From NCBI GenBank assembly GCA_905178155.1, contig CAJINV010000020.1, forward strand, positions 1,250,016 to 1,314,015: a DNA stretch of 64,000 nt. The letters are read 5' to 3'. This document shows, piece by piece, positions 61,701 to 64,000 of this stretch. A program made the position numbers and the translations under genes. The notes below the pieces were generated by a model, which saw only the letters and a program-made list of their open reading frames with translations, ran no database searches and had not been told where the DNA came from. The DNA comes from Amoebophrya sp. A120. Lineage: Eukaryota > Protista > Dinoflagellata. The number at the start of each line of letters is the position of its first letter. Position 1 is the stretch's first letter.

Positions 61701-62812
61701 AATCTGTCATGCAAACAGTGCCACGAGGTAGCGCTTGGATTTGGGATCTTGCGTGGCAAATGAGGGGCGGGAGGGGGAATTGTGCACTGTGATAACCTGG
61801 CCACGTCGCCGTGCACGCTTAAAAACTCGCCCAGCACCAGTCTCTCCCAGTCTTCCTCGAGGCTCGTTCCTCTACCCTTCGTGTTCACAAAATTTTTTGC
61901 CGCTTCCCAGGCCTCGACCTTCCGTTGGTCGATAATCGCGTGGAGGGTGAGCGCAGGAGTTGATGCTCCCGGTTGTATATCTTTTTCCTCCTCGTCCGCG
62001 CAGACTGAAAACGCGTGGTCAGATGGAAGATCATCACCGTCGTCAGAGTTTCCCAAGAGCCCCGCTCCATCTCGCTCGACCAGCATAGGTGGACGATCCA
62101 CTACCACCACTTCATTTGTTCCCGATTTGTTTTCGGAGACATCTTCGCCGTCTTTAAAGAGCGGCTCTTCATGATCATCGATTTTTTCGCTGCCCTGCCG
62201 TATGACAGCAACTCCAGCCGAGGTCCTCCTCAATGCTGGCTCATCATGTTGTTTCTCGTCGTCCAAGCGCCGTCTTTTCGCAGGGTTCGGATGCGCCACG
62301 TCGCTGGAAGATCCTGACGCTGCGTAGTTCGCGTTCGCGATCTCTACACCTACACCACTGCCCAGCGGGTCATCACGATCAAGCGCTTGAACAAGTCCTT
62401 TGTTATTACGACCTCTGGTGCTGAGCCCGAGGCTCTTGGCGTCTGCAGCCACACTTGTTGAGGTCGTTGTTCCTGTCGCTTTTGAAGAAGGTCGTGCTGC
62501 AACAGCTTCGACGACGATCTCCTCTTCATCGTTGGTATACAGCGCACTGGTTCTGGGATTGACAACACCGATGTGCTCCGGTGGGAGAAGTTTCAAAGCA
62601 GCGACGCGTCTTCGGATGTCGCCGATCGAGACGGTGAAGTCATCGGCTTCATCGTCAGTGGGGGCAGGGGAAAATCTGCAAATCTCGTCCCCAGAAAGGT
62701 CCAGGACGATGATGCATCGCAGAGGACCTGTTCCACCGCAATCCGCGTTCTTGTCCGGACTGTTCATTGTCCTCGCAACCGAAGGCGAGGAGGAGGACAC
62801 AACGAGGGCCAT
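55711..62812 (-). CDS. DUF4116-repeat protein, paralogue 2 (~1985 aa), 6 exons
   Basis: Collinear similarity to 49923-54975 (AIHAFG, RFRRDREFM, AVKRNGQVIRYA, LAYTPLR). GT-AG intron 61036-61360 plus four IR introns (57264, 60047, 60378, 61572). Confidence 0.82.
57264..57525. mobile_element. Inverted-repeat introner (family B)
   Basis: TIR tatcaactgcaaaaatgtctgggtctggaag vs tatcaaatgtaaacatgtctgggtctggaag. DR cggct at 57259-57263 and 57526-57530. Removing 267 bp gives EFQP|LLAFW. Confidence 0.92.
60047..60197. mobile_element. Inverted-repeat introner (family D), opposite orientation to the 46466 copy
   Basis: TIR tatgcaatacaaatttcccgtacatgtacaa vs tatccacagtgaatttcccgtacacgtacaa. DR cgcgg at 60042-60046 and 60198-60202. 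Removing 156 bp gives ELVRAHPDAF. Confidence 0.92.
60378..60540. mobile_element. Inverted-repeat introner with a short TIR related to families B/C
   Basis: TIR tatgcattgcaaaac vs tatccactgcaaaac. DR gtaaa/gtcaa. Internal gcatgacaaat. Removing 168 bp is in frame. Confidence 0.8.
61572..61794. mobile_element. Inverted-repeat introner (family A), in frame, stop-free, GT-AG compatible
   Basis: TIR tatgacagtgcacaactccccctccccctcatttg vs tatcacagtgcacaattccccctcccgcccctcatttg. DR acctg at 61567-61571 and 61795-61799. 228 bp including DR. Confidence 0.92.
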
Positions 62813-63159
62813 TATTTTGCTACGGGGGTGATCATCGCCGGGTCGATCATAGGGATACTGGGCGCAACACCCGTAAAGCGTGCCATCGTCAGCACCACTC
62901 TCGGTCTACCTAGTACTGCTAGCGCTTATAATTTGTTCTCCGACAGTGTCGGAGAACAAGTTATAAGATGTGAGCGCGATGCCCATAGATCACGCTGCGC
63001 TATGAATTATGCGAATTCGATCAAGTAGCACTGGAGCACTTGCGTGGTGGATGCTATGAGTTATGATATATGTGACGCACGTCGATCAAGCCGAAGCCTG
63101 CGCGGGCGCCAGGACAAAACAAAGGAAACGAGAAACAAAAAACCACGAAAAAAAAAAGA

Positions 63160-64000
63160 GAGAAACCGGGCACCACCCTCGCCCAATGAATTCTGGGAAG
63201 CTCCTGGCCGCGACTTTGCCCCGGGCCCCCGTGCCAATTTGCGCGAGAAACCGGGCACCGCCTTCGCCCAATGATTGAACTGACAGACTCTGGCAGGCTT
63301 CTGGCCGCGGCCGACTTTGCTCCGGGCCCCCATGCCAGTTTCTTCGCGCGAGAAAGAACCGGGCAAAGCCTTCGCCTTATTCCGGGGGGCTTCGTTGATA
63401 GATTCCCGCAAGGGCTTGGCCCCGTGTCCCCGTGCCAGTTTGTGCGAGAAACCGGGCACCACCTTCGCCCGATGGGCTCCGGGAAACCTCTTGCCGCGAT
63501 TTTGCTCCCGGTTCCCCTGCCAGTTTGTGCGAGAAACCGGGCACCGCCTTCGCCCCATGAATTCCGGCACGCTTCTGGCCGCGACTTTGCTCCGGGTGAC
63601 CCGGGGTCTTCATGCTCGGGCCAGCTGGCATGAAGACCCGGGGTCTTCATGCCAGCTGGCCCGAGAAACTAACCGGGCACCGCCAGCCTTCGGCCAGTGA
63701 TTCAGTGAATTCTCGGAAACTTCTGGCCGCGACTTTGCTCCGGGTCCCCATCAGTTTGCGCGAGAGAGAAACCCGGCACCACCTTCGCCCAATTCTCGGA
63801 AGCTTCCGGCCGCGACTTCGCTCCGGGTCCCCATGCCAGTTTGCGCGAGAAACCGGGCGCCACCTTCGCCCAATTCTGGGGAGCTTCCTGCCGCGACTTT
63901 GCTCCGGGTCCCCATGCTAGTTTGCGCGAGAAACCGGGCACCATCTTCGCCCAATTCTGGGAAGCTTCCGGCCGCGACTTTGCTCCGGGTCTCCATGCCA
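63160..64000. repeat. GC-rich ~81-bp satellite array running off the window end
   Basis: Unit gagaaaccgggcaccaccttcgcccaattctgggaagcttccggccgcgactttgctccgggtccccatgccagtttgcgc; roughly 9 diverged copies (e.g. starts at 63847 and 63928). Confidence 0.9.
63615..63665. repeat. Perfect 51-bp palindrome inside the satellite
   Basis: ctcgggccagctggcatgaagaccc-g-gggtcttcatgccagctggcccgag. Confidence 0.92.

Noticed and set aside
1702-61794. Reading the IR inserts as gene-inactivating MITEs or as frameshift/stop-recoding sites
   Set aside because: Host genes show no other lesions and every insert is frame-neutral under one rule. Precise removal is more parsimonious, though unproven without RNA data.
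63160-64000. CRISPR-like periodicity
   Set aside because: The whole unit repeats, with no unique spacers and no cas genes; eukaryotic context. The many ORFs here are repeat artefacts.

Overview
Gene-dense eukaryotic nuclear DNA. Gene layout and intron style best fit a syndinian dinoflagellate such as Amoebophrya (inference, not proven). All 13 supportable protein genes lie on the minus strand: PDZ-like/P-loop kinase protein, NOP53, a tandem ABC-ATPase + GNAT fusion, DnaJ+C2 protein, a >2200-aa hypothetical protein, cold-shock protein, SLC12 cation-chloride cotransporter, SPF27/BCAS2, a putative glycosyltransferase-like protein, CFAP97-like protein, a coiled-coil protein and two tandem DUF4116 paralogues. 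The main result is 13 short (109-301 bp) inserts inside coding exons. Each has terminal inverted repeats (TAT...ATA) and a 5-bp flanking direct repeat. Removing the insert plus one repeat copy keeps or restores the reading frame in every case, yet only 2 of 13 can be read as GT-AG. They fall into several TIR families, one family occurs in both orientations, and they share an internal TGCAT(G/C/T)ACAAAT motif. They look like transposon-derived non-canonical introns (introners) coexisting with ordinary GT-AG introns. Also present are GC-rich degenerate inserts, tandem repeats with perfect palindromes, and an ~81-bp satellite at the right end. All gene models were spliced by hand and have no RNA support.
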